Source: Camelus ferus
Lineage: Eukaryota
NCBI RefSeq assembly: GCF_009834535.1
Contig: NC_045696.1
Location: forward strand, 21,268,001 to 21,332,000
Direction of reading: 5' to 3'
DNA: 64,000 nt
In this document: positions 50,885 to 63,484 of the stretch, in pieces
How positions within the stretch are numbered: position 1 is the first letter of the stretch
How the letters are laid out: each line of letters starts with the position of its first letter
Program-made: the position numbers and the translations under genes
The notes under the pieces: generated by a model
What the model saw: only the letters and a program-made list of their open reading frames with translations
Told to the model about the DNA's origin: nothing
The model's database searches: none

Positions 50885-51308
50885 GACAAAGACACAAATA
50901 AACTTACTTATTTACAAAACAGAAACAGATTCACCAACATAGAAAACAGTCTTATGGTTACCAAAGAGGGGATGGGGAAGGGATAAATTAGGAGTTTGGG
51001 ATTAGCAGATACATACCACTATTATAAAATAGATAAACAACAAGGACCTACTATATAGCACAGGGGACTATATTCAATATCTTATAATAACCTATAATGG
51101 AAAAGAATCTGAAAAAGAATATATATATTCTTATATATATATAAATATATATATATTTTATAATAATATATATAATATATGTGCATATATATATATGCAC
51201 ATATACAACTGAATCAATTTACTATATACCTAAAACTAACACATTTTAAATCAGCACCATTTAATTCAATTATTAATAAATAAATAAATAAGTAAATAAA
51301 TAAATAAA
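50885..51308 (+). mobile_element. L1 3' UTR end (artiodactyl type) with AT expansion and (TAAA)n tail
   Basis: 'gggataaattaggagtttgggattagcagatac...ataaacaacaaggacctactatatagcacaggggactatattcaatatc'; homologous to 9060-9420. Confidence 0.9.
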
Positions 51309-51850
51309 GGAAGGTAGGCAAAGGCCAGTGAATGGAAGAATTTGAAGGCCAAGTTGATGAGATTAGACCTTATCCTCCAAGAAACAGGAAATCATTGAAA
51401 TTGACTGAGAGTGACTGTTGAAGGGAAGTTGAAATAGATTCATATAATATTTCAGAAAGATTACTTCGAAAGGAAGAGTGATAGATGAAAACCAGTGTAA
51501 ACAATTAAGAGACAACCCTGACATTAACTTGTTTTTGTGGTCATGAAAAAAGACCACCTCGTGATATTAGCATATGGTTACAACTTTGTAGTGAAGGAAA
51601 AGTGAGAAGTTAAGAATCCTAGATGGTGGCAACACAAATGGAGAGGAAAATGTGGGTGAAGGAGACTTTTCAGGAGACAGTATATATACTTTGTAATTGA
51701 CTACTTTTAGGAGAGAAGAAGAATCAAGGAGAAATTAGAATGTTTTTTTACAAATTTTCCCGAAAGAATTACCATATTATTACATAAAAAGAGAAATCTA
51801 AACACAAGCTTGTTTAGAGCACAGCATGATGAGTATTGTTTCCCATGTTA
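51309..51850 (-). mobile_element. L2 fragment
   Basis: 'gaaggtaggcaaaggccag...ttgaaggccaagttgatgagattagaccttatcct...tttcagaaagattact...gagaagaagaatcaaggag'. Confidence 0.65.
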
Positions 51851-53799
51851 GAAAATTAATGCCCCAAACTAAAAGGCTTAAAATGATTTAATGATTCTAA
51901 GTAAGACTAGAACACAATATTAGAACAAACAGCAACTAAATAAAGACAGGGTATAGACAAAGAGGAATACTAGAAATCCAGAAAGAAAATTTGTGTAAGC
52001 TACAATCAAAGCAGGGCATTATTACTGAATATTAAAATGGGCAAATTTGAGATATGAAGGTATTAAAACCTCACGTAATACATGAAAGCAGAAAATAATA
52101 GCCTTTTAATATGCATTTATTTCAAAAAGAGTGCTATCACTTTTTCATATATTATGTAGGTTGTTAGTGGGTAGATGATGCATAACTAGAAGTTATCCGA
52201 ACTATTTATGCTGTTCATTAACTCGTTGTGCAGAAGCAGTGAGCTTTTGTTTCCCTATTGGTTATAAATTAACAGATGCATCCATCCAAATAGAGCAGAC
52301 CTAGAAAGCAAAGCACCCCTGGTGAACCGAGTTCTGTAATACATATTCAACCTGAGAGCCTGCACACATTTTTATGTGCTACACAAATGTGTGCATTTTT
52401 TAGCTTACCAGATGCTGCCAAAGCAGAGCTATATAAAACAACTTAAAATTTCAGTCTGTTGAATACTCCTATTAATTAAATATTAAATAAAATTGTATTG
52501 AATATGGGGTTCTTTTGTCCCTAATACTTTATGTTATGAACTTTATCTTTTTTATATAACTACAGTAAGCAATTGTACATGAAGGTGTAGTTTTGAAGGC
52601 CATACTAAAACGTGCATTTGTCAAAAAGGAAATTGCTATAAATTGTGCCAGATTAAAACACAATTTATCCCTTTTTCCACACTTGAAATTATGTCAATTA
52701 AAATAATAAGGATTGTGTAGTTTTAGCAATTGAAATTCTATATATGCCATTAGGTTATTGTATCATAAACTGCAGCCCTGCTTTTTTTTTTTAACATCAT
52801 TCTGTTTAATGCCATACATACATACATACCAGAACTCTACTCTGTTAATCAAAATTGATTCAGTTAATATTCATTTAGTTAATGACAAATGTGGTAGAAA
52901 ACATTTAAGGTAGTCGAAGCAGAAAACAAAAACAAAAATAAAAACAATATCACTGTGTAAAGTGAAGGAACTCTAATGCAAGGCATTGGTTAAATCATAA
53001 AGAAAATGCTGCGATGCCACACAAGGGAAGGCAATGACACTTGGAAATTAGCAACAGCAGAAAGCTTCCACCCCATGGCTTGTGAGGGCAGGGAGGCAGG
53101 GGTGATATTGGAGCCCAGAGGCCAGGATCACGTATCGGAGGCTGGACTCTGGTGAGTTTTCTGGCTGGATTGGATTTGAAGGAGACACGGCATCTGCCAG
53201 TGATGCCTCTTGCGACAGTGCGGAAGGGGGAGGAGCAGCCTGCTGCTCTGGGTCCCTTGTTTGCCAGTCCCAGCCAGTGTTTGCTGGATGTGGAACCCAG
53301 AGGAAAGCAAGATGCCCCGGGTGGCTGGGAAAGAAAGCCCCCAAAGTTCAGGCTCCCAAGACCCAGAGCAGAGAAGAGGAAACGCAAAGAAGAAAGATGA
53401 GGTCAAACAGGCCCTCAGATTCACTGAGATTACAGAGACATCTACTCAGTTGAATTCTAAGAAATATGCCAGGTACATTAATTAAACATTATAAAATTAC
53501 AGTTATCTGGAAGTTTAATCAGCAATTCAAAGTCCAGCCATTAGTTAAGAGGTAGGACCAAAGAAGACCAACTGAAAATGCAGGTTACAATAACATGAAA
53601 TGACTTCAGCTCTTGGGATGGTACATATTCTCTGAAGCATTTGGTCAAAGAAAAAAATATTCTTTATTAAAAGTAATAAAAAAAAAACCACTTATCCTTC
53701 TTTGTATATAGACAGCATATTTATTTAGTCTATTTAATCCCACTTTAATTTGAATTTTGCAAGGATCCCGAGATAGGAGAAACAGTATTTGTTCTAGGC

Positions 53800-53940
53800 T
53801 ACAGCCTATGGAGCAAGCTTTGGTTGCTGGTCATGCCATTTGCTTGCTCTGTGGCTTCTGGTAAACGAGTTAACTTCTCTGAGCTTTATTTCCCTACTAT
53901 AATAATTACCGCTCAGGATAGTCCATAAGTATTGAGTTCA
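53800..53940 (+). mobile_element. MIR fragment
   Basis: 'tgccatttgcttgctctgtggcttctggtaaacgagttaacttctctgagctttatttccc'. Confidence 0.55.
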
Positions 53941-56269
53941 AGCAAGAACTGGTACCCATTTTAGAAACTACAAAGTCTGTTAAATTATGAAACACAATTT
54001 TTGATATTGTAATCTTTATCGAAATAGAAGTGTAAAATTTGGACTTCTTTTAGATCTTTATTAAAATTTTAACAGACCTGTTCTTTTTGATTGTTGTTGT
54101 GAGAAATTTTGTTATAATGTGAAACTAAAAATTGGAGTCAAGCCAAAGCTGCTAAAGCAAAAGAGAAAATATTCTTTATAGAACTAGGAAATCCGTCTTA
54201 AGGAGGAATCATGTTTAGGTTGGGGTGGTTTGAAAATCATGCCCTTGAACTATTTCATAACAAGTCAGTATTTTATAAAATTACATTTGTCTTTCCCACT
54301 TTGGTACAGAAATGTATTATATAGAGTGTAAATATTATCATCTATAAAGTCTTTTTCAAAGAACCTATAGATATTTTGAGCTCACATTGAAATTTTGTGA
54401 GTATATGTACACATATGGGGTTGTGTGTGTGTCTCCGCGTCAGAGAGAAATTTGGTTCAGCCTTAATCCAACATATCAGACACTTTAAATTCATCCAGTG
54501 CTATTAAAGAAGTGTAATTTAAATCAGTTTGATTTTATCTAGGCAATTTATTTGGCCCTCATACAAATGTACAAATGATTTATAACGAGTGTCTTTATCT
54601 CATAAAATAACTAAATGAGTTTTCTGCTTCAAAAGTACTTAAATCATACCAGTTCCTCCATTTGTGCAACAATTTATGCTTTCAGCAATCTAAGCATAAT
54701 ATCAAAATCTGGTTTTTTTGGTATCTTTTTTACATGCTCTTTGTTTAGAACTCAGTTTAGTATAATTACTCTTTGTTGCATGGTCTAAACCCAGTTGCGA
54801 GTTTATCACCAAAGGTCTTATCTATATCACCATTATCATTAATCACTTGTGAATTACTTGGCTTCTTAAGCATTTTTATAGCCTCCATTTCTTCTGCTGT
54901 CTGGTTTTCCCTCAGAAGTAGCTAAACCAAGTGCTTTCAATTTAGTGTAAAATATTTCAAAACTCTGAGTCCTTTCTGTATTGGGGCAAATAATCTTGTA
55001 TCTTTTCCACTATTATAATCATAAAATGATTTTATTCATTAAATAGTGACATTAAGTTCAGTAAAAAAAAAAATCACAAAATATCCAGATGAAGCTTTAA
55101 AACTTGATTTTTTTTTTTTTTTTTGATAATTGGAAAGATCTCTCTTTGGTATGGTAATACCAGGGAAGTCACATTTCCTTTTTATTTTGGCTTCTGACAG
55201 CCACATGTCGGCTAAATGTGAATCAATATCATGTGTCAGAATACAAACATAACTACATCAGAGAGCTACGTGCAGTTCTGACTGGTGTTAGGGGAAAACC
55301 GTGGCTGATCTCTTGAGTTTAAATAGAAGATTTTTGAAAAATGACACTACTACAAAATAAAAGGCACACCGAGGCACTCTTTGTGACTCACCCTCTTTCT
55401 CTAAATGTGGATCTGTCATGGCAATATGATTTGAAATTTTGCGAAGTCATAGATTCTTAGAGTAATAGGGGAAGTATTTAAAGAAAATTTTGCCCAAGTT
55501 TTTTCATATAGTGATGAAAACACAGACAAAAATTGCTCTGAAGCTAATGAGCTACAGGTGTGAAGCTGACTTGCCTAAGCTTTGAGCAGACGCCTGCATC
55601 ATCACAGAGCATCACGAGGGTTTGCCAGCAGCTTCCACCTGTCCTCCTGAGAATGGTCCACTTTGTCTACATACAGTTGGTCATCAGGGGTCATCAGAGT
55701 AGTTTCCTTTCGGGTTCCCTGAAAGCCAGCACAGGCCAATTTTACTACCACTTTGACAGCCCATTCACTGATTGTATATAATTAAGTCCCTGTAATAAAT
55801 TCATTCTTTTTGAAATAACTAGAACAGTTTCTGCTTTTCCAAAATAAATGCAACTTATACTTCTTAATCCTATTTGAGTATGTCCCACAACTTATTGAGA
55901 GCAAGGACTGATTTAGATTTATCAGATTTTCAGTTAGAATATTATAATGGAAAATATATACTGGGGCCAAATATATATTAGGGCCTTTTGGGGCCAAAAT
56001 GTTGAATTTACAATAACATATATGAAGCCTTAAAAGGACTCTTTATATAAGAAATATATATGAATTTTCAATAGTGTATATTAAATATGAATTGCATTAT
56101 TGATATTTCACATTACCATCTTTTCTGTCTCAATTCAAATTTTACAAGATGCCGTCAAACTTATCTATGTGTCTACACATACACATGTGCACAGAAATCC
56201 ACAGACACACACACACATACACACGTATATACTAAATTTTATCAACTAGTTATCATGGACCAAGTTGCT

Positions 56270-56460
56270 GCCATAAATTTTCACGTATTAACTCATTTAA
56301 TTCTCAAAAACATCCAATTTGTACATTTTTGTTCATTTTGCATCTAAAGAAACTGAGGAGCAGAGAAATTAAGTGGCATTTCTAAATTAACATTTTAAAA
56401 ACAGAAATTAAACCTACTCAATCTATCTCCTGAAAAAATGTTCTTAACCCACCATGCACA
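56270..56460 (-). mobile_element. MIR
   Basis: 'tattaactcatttaattctcaaaaaca...cattttgcatctaaagaaactgaggagcagagaaattaagtggc'. Confidence 0.7.
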
Positions 56461-58642
56461 ATACCCTTCAAAATCACTTTACTAATCATTGAGGAATATA
56501 GTCTATGTTCTACATTTATTGCATCACATTTTATGAAGACATTGATATCAGTTATGAAATATCTCTTAAGGGATTTATTTTATGTTTGTCAGAAATCAAA
56601 ATAGAAGGGTGGTTGTATCCACTGATTTGAAAAAGACTAAAACAAGAAAATCTCTCAACAACAACATCAATAGTAACAACAGAATTCTGATTGAAATTGT
56701 TGTGTAAGAGAAATTGAGATGAATTTTTATTTTGAAAAAGAGATAGATACTAAATACACTATCCCTTGAAAGTATGTATTGTAACTTTTTAAATATATAT
56801 TTTGAAAACAGGAGTATTAATCTTAAATAAGAAGTAGGATTTAGGACCCATAGATCTGTAGGTAGATACAAAGTCCACTGCAAATTTTGCTATATTCTTC
56901 TCCACGGCACTTACAGGAGTAAAACAATGTAAGTCTGGAAGTGCTGGGGATAAGGATCAGTAGACACATTTCTGGAGGAAAGGCTCCATCACAGATGAGA
57001 TTTTTTAAAGGACCTCATGTTGCCTTCAATGGCGCCATTCCTTGACGGCCTGTCTCAACCACTACAGAGCTACTCCAATCATTGTGGAAATTGGAAGAAC
57101 GGAAGGAGTTACAAGCATCATCTGTTGCCTGCTTATAAGATTTCTCTTCTAAAATATCACCCAGTGCTCTCTCCTTCACCTTCTATTGATGCTTTGAATA
57201 ATGCTATCATTCTAGACACCTGCTCCTTGCAACAACAAATCCAGGTCTCACGATGTCTGAGGGGCAATATATGGGAAGATATTTATTGACAAACTCAGCT
57301 GCTCTGTTGTTTTTCATTATGAACAGCATCGTGATACATTAATATTATGTTTCTCTAAGACTTAAGTTCATAGAACATAGAGAGCAAAGGTTTTCTCTAT
57401 TTTGCTTTTCTCATCTTAAAAGACAAAATGAGTGACATTCTCATATGCAGCACTCCCATGGGTTTCCCTGTGATCAGGTGCTTTCTTGTCCTAGCTTATT
57501 CCAAAAAGCAATGCCAACAAGCAAGTGAAATTGATATTATTATTGGGCTAATATTGGTTTTGCTCTAAGCATATCTTTGTATATACATATATACATATAC
57601 ATATATACACCTGTTTATACACATATATACATAAATATACATATGTCTCAAATCACAAATATCAATACAAATTATTTGCTACATAATTCACAGCTGAAAG
57701 TGGTACTTTTTCCCAATTCTCTGAATTAAAGGATTAACATTAGTAAATCTTATGTTTTGAGAGCTGAGATCCAATAAAAGCAAAAAAAAAAAAAACTGCA
57801 TTAGTAACCATAAACATATTTTAAATGACTTAACACACATATTTTCCTAGTTCAATGAAAGCTGTACCAGAAAAAAATATAAAGATATCTAGACATCTAA
57901 AAAAAAATGCCAGGGCATGATTTATATTTGGAAGAACAGCACTTCCACACTGTCACTTATTTCTTTTTTTGGAATCATCTTAAACTTTTACAATTACCTT
58001 TAAAGTAATTTTAAAATATTCATATTCAACTTTATCCCATAAGTTTATGTGTATATATATATTATAAATGCTTGTTACACATATGTATCTTACTTGTATA
58101 TATATTATACATATCTGTATTAAAAACACACATATATACATGTATACACACATTTATATCTATCTGTCTATCTATCTATCTATTTGTTTTAATACAAATA
58201 GTCTATAAACTGAAATATCTGAAACAGAAAGTTAACTTGTGAAATATTCTACAGAGTATCAACAGGATATTTAAGTTGTAAAATACCCTAATTTAAGTGT
58301 ATTACTATTTGAGTTAAGCTCTATCAATCACAAAGGAAAAAAGAAAGCAATGTGACTCAACAGAAAGAGATTTAAAGAAATAGGAATAACCAAGAAACTT
58401 ATCCAAGGTACAGTTTGTACTGTTTTGAGGTTCAGTTCATTAATTTTCATGGTCTTAATTTCAGAAAAACGAAGAAAACAACAACTGAGGCAATATGTAA
58501 GTACTAACTTTTACAAGGATGGATTTACTTTTAAAATACCACTTGGAAAAACAAAATTAGGATGTGGTCCTTGCCATTTTGAATAGTAAGCTAAGAACTC
58601 CATTATTACATTATTCAGGTGATGTATAATCTAGTAAGGAAG

Positions 58643-59115
58643 ATGGCAGATTGCAGACATGGCCACAAAATCTGCCTTTCCTCTCATCTCCCTTATATTG
58701 TCATGTTCACCTTATGTATCAAGAGGTGAAGTTTATTTGTCGCTGACTTTCACCATAGCCATGTGACTTACTGTGGACAATGGAAAAGTAGCAAATGTTG
58801 CACAAGTGGAGACTTGAGAAGCCCTTGCAGCTTAGGTCTTGTTCTCTTAATGCACTTGTAACCCTGTAACCAAGTGAATAAACACATACTAGCCTGCTGA
58901 ACAATAAGCAGTTACATGGAGAGAGGCCCCAGTCAACACAACTCGTAGACAATGCTTTCATAAACCAGGGGTCTCAACCAACAATCCAATAGCATACCAC
59001 AGACACAGGTGCCAAAAAAAACACTTATTTAAGCCCAACCCAAATGATCAGTCTGCAGAATCAGGAGCTAAATGAATGGTTGCTGTTAGGAGTCATTAAA
59101 CTTGGGGGATGCTAT
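58643..59115 (+). mobile_element. MaLR solo LTR (MLT1G/H-like)
   Basis: 'tggcagattgcagacatggccacaaa...atcaagaggtgaagtttatt...gccatgtgacttactgtggacaatgg...gcagaatcaggagctaaatgaatggttgctgtt'. Confidence 0.8.
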
Positions 59116-60537
59116 TTATCAAATGTAAATATCAGAAAGTCTGAAGATAAATAATGCTTCAAGGTGAATCGCACTCCAGCTACCTGGATAATGTATTATA
59201 GTGGATCCTCAGAAGGCTGAAGCCAATACTGGAGCATATACAGGCAAATTTTGTAGATATGAATTTAGATGCATACACATACACACAAGCACATAAAACA
59301 CTGAAAGCTATAACACCTTGTAGTGCGTCCTCACAAGAACTTTCATACAAGCTATGTATGCCACAGGAGTAACATATAAGAGCTAATTTATGCTTTCTTG
59401 ATCTGAATTTCCAACCCTAGCTTTGATTTGCTTTTGCAACAGTCTATTTTCTAAGTGAAATGGAAGAAAGATGCATGGAAAATGTGAAAAATAAGTATGA
59501 CTCAATGATTTTCAATAAAGTTAAACATTCATTATGTATTGATTTATATTACTTAAGGAATCCCTATCAGTGTATGGTTTATATGTACATATATGTATAT
59601 CCATGTGTACATATTTATATCCCTATTTATGCCTATATCTGCAAAACTTCATGTGATACAAACAAACTCATAAGTATCTAGTCTCAACTTTTTCTACAAC
59701 TCTTGTTTTTATATCTCTTTTTAGGCTTGCCTATATTCGTCTCACATACATTTATTTCCCCTGACCTCCTCAGATAATTTTATTTCAGAGAGAGATTAGA
59801 GTCCATTCTCTAAAAATTTTGAAACAAAATTAAGTTTCTTAGATTTAAGAAGAATCATACATAAAAATGGAAGATGACAGTACAGTTTGAAGGGCTTTTT
59901 TGGTTTTGCCTTTTTTGTTTTGCCGAGGCTCCTTTACTATTAATAAAACTCATATAAGTAAAAGTGATGCTTATCAAATAAACTCATCTAAGCATAAGAA
60001 ACGTACAAAAATTTTAAAAAGAGCAATTCCATAAAAGATAGTATGTTCAAATAGTTAGCAATGGAAACAGATGGTTTTGCCTTACTGAAGATTTCAATGA
60101 CCATAACACAGCTAAGAAAGTTCTATTATCAATGAAATTAATTATATAGCATTCCATTTAAATGAACATTGGCAACCTATCAATTATAATGCAATTTCTT
60201 GACTTGGGATCAAATTGTCATTCTATATACATATGGAAATTCGTTTCTGGAGTTCCAGGTAATTGCCACTAATTAAGTGCATTAGTGAGTAAAACTAAGC
60301 TTTGTAAATGAACAATTTAACCTTTTGATTATAAACTAATGCAGCACATAATTTTAATTTAAGAAATACAAGATCCTTTTATATTAAGATATATATATAT
60401 ATTTCAGGCTTATATTTCATGCATTAATGTCTAAGAGTGCTGAAGTTCTGAATTAATATGCACAAAATTTAGGGCAAATTGTTATTATATTTTGTAACAA
60501 TCAGGACTTCTAAAGATATTAAAATTTAGTGTAAGTA

Positions 60538-61840
60538 GGGCTTCCAAAATGATAGAATAAGGGGCACAATAAATGTTTTACCTAGAAAAATAACTAATTA
60601 AAAACAATCATTTAAAGTCCCTGGAAATTGTTAAAAGGCATAGAGCAAATGGAGAAACATTCAACTAAGAAAATCTACTGGTTTCAGTAAGAACAGAAGC
60701 CAGTCATTGGCATCTGAGTCAGGACTTGCTGCATTGCTTTGTGTTTTGGGGTCGTAGCCCCAGGACTCCACCTCAGGCAAATGATGGGAGGCTACTTTCC
60801 TCATGCCCCCAGTCTCACGTTGCAGAAGCTGCACTCCAGGCAGGTGTGGCAGAGAGAACCTGTTTTCCCTCTCCCTATCCAGCTCCTACTCTTAGACCTG
60901 AAGCTCTACCCCAGGTGTGGCAAACTGAGAAGACAGGGGCCCTGGTCACCCCACACCATCTTATTCAAAGGCTACAGACTGCACATCAGGAGGGGCAAGC
61001 TCAGAGGACCAGGGGCTATCCCCTGCCCATCCCACACAGTGACTCTCCTCTAACAGAAGAGCGGCCTCACTGAGGAAAGGTGGGTGTCTACCCCTAGCTT
61101 CGGTGCAGTGGCACAGAAGTTCTGACCAGGAGAGACAGAACTTAAGGATACCGAGGTCCTCGGCTGTGCTTGAGGGGACTGACTTCATTTGCAACAGCGT
61201 GGAGAACTTCATACGTAAGGTCATTGTGGAAAATAATGAAGATCTTGGAAAACAATTAAGAGGAACCTGGTAATTTCAGTTATAGGGGAAAAACGTCAGA
61301 TCAACCAGAAGTTTAATAAAGAAAACTTAAAGAAAGAGAAAAAAAAAAAAAAAAAAAAAAAAAAGAAGAAGAAGAAGAAGAAAGAGGAGAAGCCGAGACG
61401 AGCCATCCTGGGATCGCAGCCAACCCTGGGGACTAGGAAGTCTGTACACATACGCTAGTTTGCACGCACTCAGGAGTCTGGGGACACGCGGCAGAGTTTT
61501 AGAGCAAACTTCAAGCTGCACACTGACCCATCCACACAGGGCAGATGGCTCACCGGCTTAAGTGGCTTAAACAAGACTTCTGACCAAACACTGACTGCAC
61601 AATAAACTTCTCAGAGCCAGAGATAACTCCAAGAACGTAAAAAGTAAAACCATTCTTCCACAGGCGTAGCAGCCCGGAAAACGGTGTGCTTGCCCCAGGC
61701 TGCATGCACCCTCCCGAGAGCAATCAGACAGGAAACCTCTGAGCCTTGGCTGAATAAGGCGAAAAAGTCCCTCCCTAAATAATGACAGCAGCGTCCAAGC
61801 CACATGCATCCAACAATAAAACTTCAAATCTAACTAGCCA
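60538..61840 (+). mobile_element. Old L1 (L1M-type) 5' UTR region
   Basis: Start 'gggcttccaaaatgatagaataagg', then 'aacaatcatttaaagtccctggaaattg...agcaaatggagaaacattcaactaagaaaatctact' typical of L1M 5' ends; GC-richer body. Confidence 0.6.
61329..61392 (+). repeat. 64-nt pure purine tract: A26 followed by (GAA)5-6
   Basis: Read directly. Confidence 0.95.
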
Positions 61841-61949
61841 AGGCCCCCATCCTCTTTCTCAAGTGCAACATTTAAATGATAAGTGGAGATAAGTGACTGA
61901 GAAAGGATGAACTCTGGGTAGCCAGGCTAAAGATAAAAACAAGGAAAAA

Positions 61950-62730
61950 GAAATTCAAAATTTATCACAGACTTAAATGTAAGAACTAAAATAACAAAAC
62001 TCTTGGAGGAAGTATAGGAGTCGTTCCTTAGAAGCAACACCAAAAACCACAGATAACAAATAGAGAAATAGAACTACACAAGAATTTAAAATTTTTGTGC
62101 TGCAGATAAAACCATTAAGAAAGTGAAAAGACAGTTCCTAAAATGGGAGGGAATTGTTGCAAATCATATATCAGAAAAGGGATTTGTATTCTGAATACAT
62201 AAACACTTTTTGTGACTTAATAGTATAAAGATAACTTAATTAAAAATTGACAAAGAATTTCATTAGATAGTATTCCAAAGAAAATACACAAATGGCCGAT
62301 AAGATTGGAAAGATTCTCAATATCATTAGTCATTAAAAAGGCAAATCAAAATCACATTGAGCTACTACTTTCACGCCCACTAGGATGGCTGTGATAAAAC
62401 CACAGAAAATAACAAGTGTGTTTGAGTATATGGAGAAATTGGACCTCTCATGCATCGCTAGTGGGGATGTAAGTGTGCAGCCACTCTGGGAAAAAGTTCC
62501 TTAGTTCTATTTCTAGGTATATGTCCATGAAAAACAAAATCCTATAACTATACAAAAACTTGTACATGAACGTTCATAACAGCATTATTCTTAATGCTTA
62601 CAAAGTAGAAACACACCAAATTCCCATCAACTGATTGGTGGGCAAATAAATGTGGATATCCATAAAATAGAATACTATTTAGTAGTAAAAAAGAATGAAG
62701 TGCATGCTACAATATGGATAAACCTTGAGA
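61950..62730 (+). mobile_element. L1MB-type ORF2 3' region
   Basis: 'gacttaaatgtaagaactaaaa...ttgcaaatcatatatcagaaaaggga...cacgcccactaggatggct...aaaagaatgaagtgcatgctacaatatggataaaccttga'. Confidence 0.9.
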
Positions 62731-63099
62731 GCCTGAAGACTGGGTTTGTATTTACTTTCTCATGCACTGCAATTCAGAATTGAAACTCTAGGTGGATAAA
62801 TGGATATGTCAGTAACAATCTACTCATGTTGTTATTGAAAGAATCCATTTCATATCCTGCTCAAAGAGAAATGTAAAAGAGAGAAAATGGAATGCAAAAG
62901 TAAAAATATTTCAGAAAAAATGGAAAAAAATAACCCCAAAGGATTCAATGAAGAATCAAACTAAGTGGTTCAGTAAAATATTAACATTTTCAATATATGC
63001 CACCACTATACAACTGAGTTCTCCGGCCAGAAACATGATTGTTTCTGTTCTTTTCTTTTCATTTTTTTTCTTATTTCAAATGTCAAAATACCACTGGAC

Positions 63100-63330
63100 A
63101 CTTTTGTGACCCACAGAGAACACTTTTTAAAATAGTTTTCAAATCCAGATATTTCTTTCCATCGCCCATTCACTGGATTACATTGACCAGATGTCTCTCT
63201 GTTACTACAATAACCCCTTAACTGGCCTTGGTACATATAGTCTTGATTCTTTCCTTTCTCCACATTGAATGCAGAAATCTAAAACACATGTTGTATCCAT
63301 TCTTAAAAACCTTGAAAACTTGGTCTCAGA
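63100..63330 (+). mobile_element. L2 fragment
   Basis: 'ttcaaatccagatatttctttccatc...ttactacaataaccccttaactggcctt...tttctccacattgaatgcag'. Confidence 0.55.
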
Positions 63331-63484
63331 ATCTTGACTACTTCTAATGCTTGTCATCATTTTGTCTTAACAGTTTAAATAAAGTCGCTATAAATCCTAC
63401 CTCATTTAAAGTGGAAAAGCACTTCCTTTTTCTTACTTATGAGGTTTCCTAAAGGCTTTCCCTGTTCCTAGCTACCTCTGGCTT

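Noticed and set aside
52361..52395. 11-bp hairpin tgcacacattt...aaatgtgtgca
   Set aside because: Too short for a pre-miRNA and partly low-complexity; no other support
52995..53485. Cluster of overlapping ORFs (up to 130 aa) in a GC-richer patch
   Set aside because: ORFs on both strands reflect low stop density; the 3' part ('ggaacccagaggaaagcaag...cccagagcagagaagagg') looks like a reversed old MaLR LTR; no protein similarity recognised
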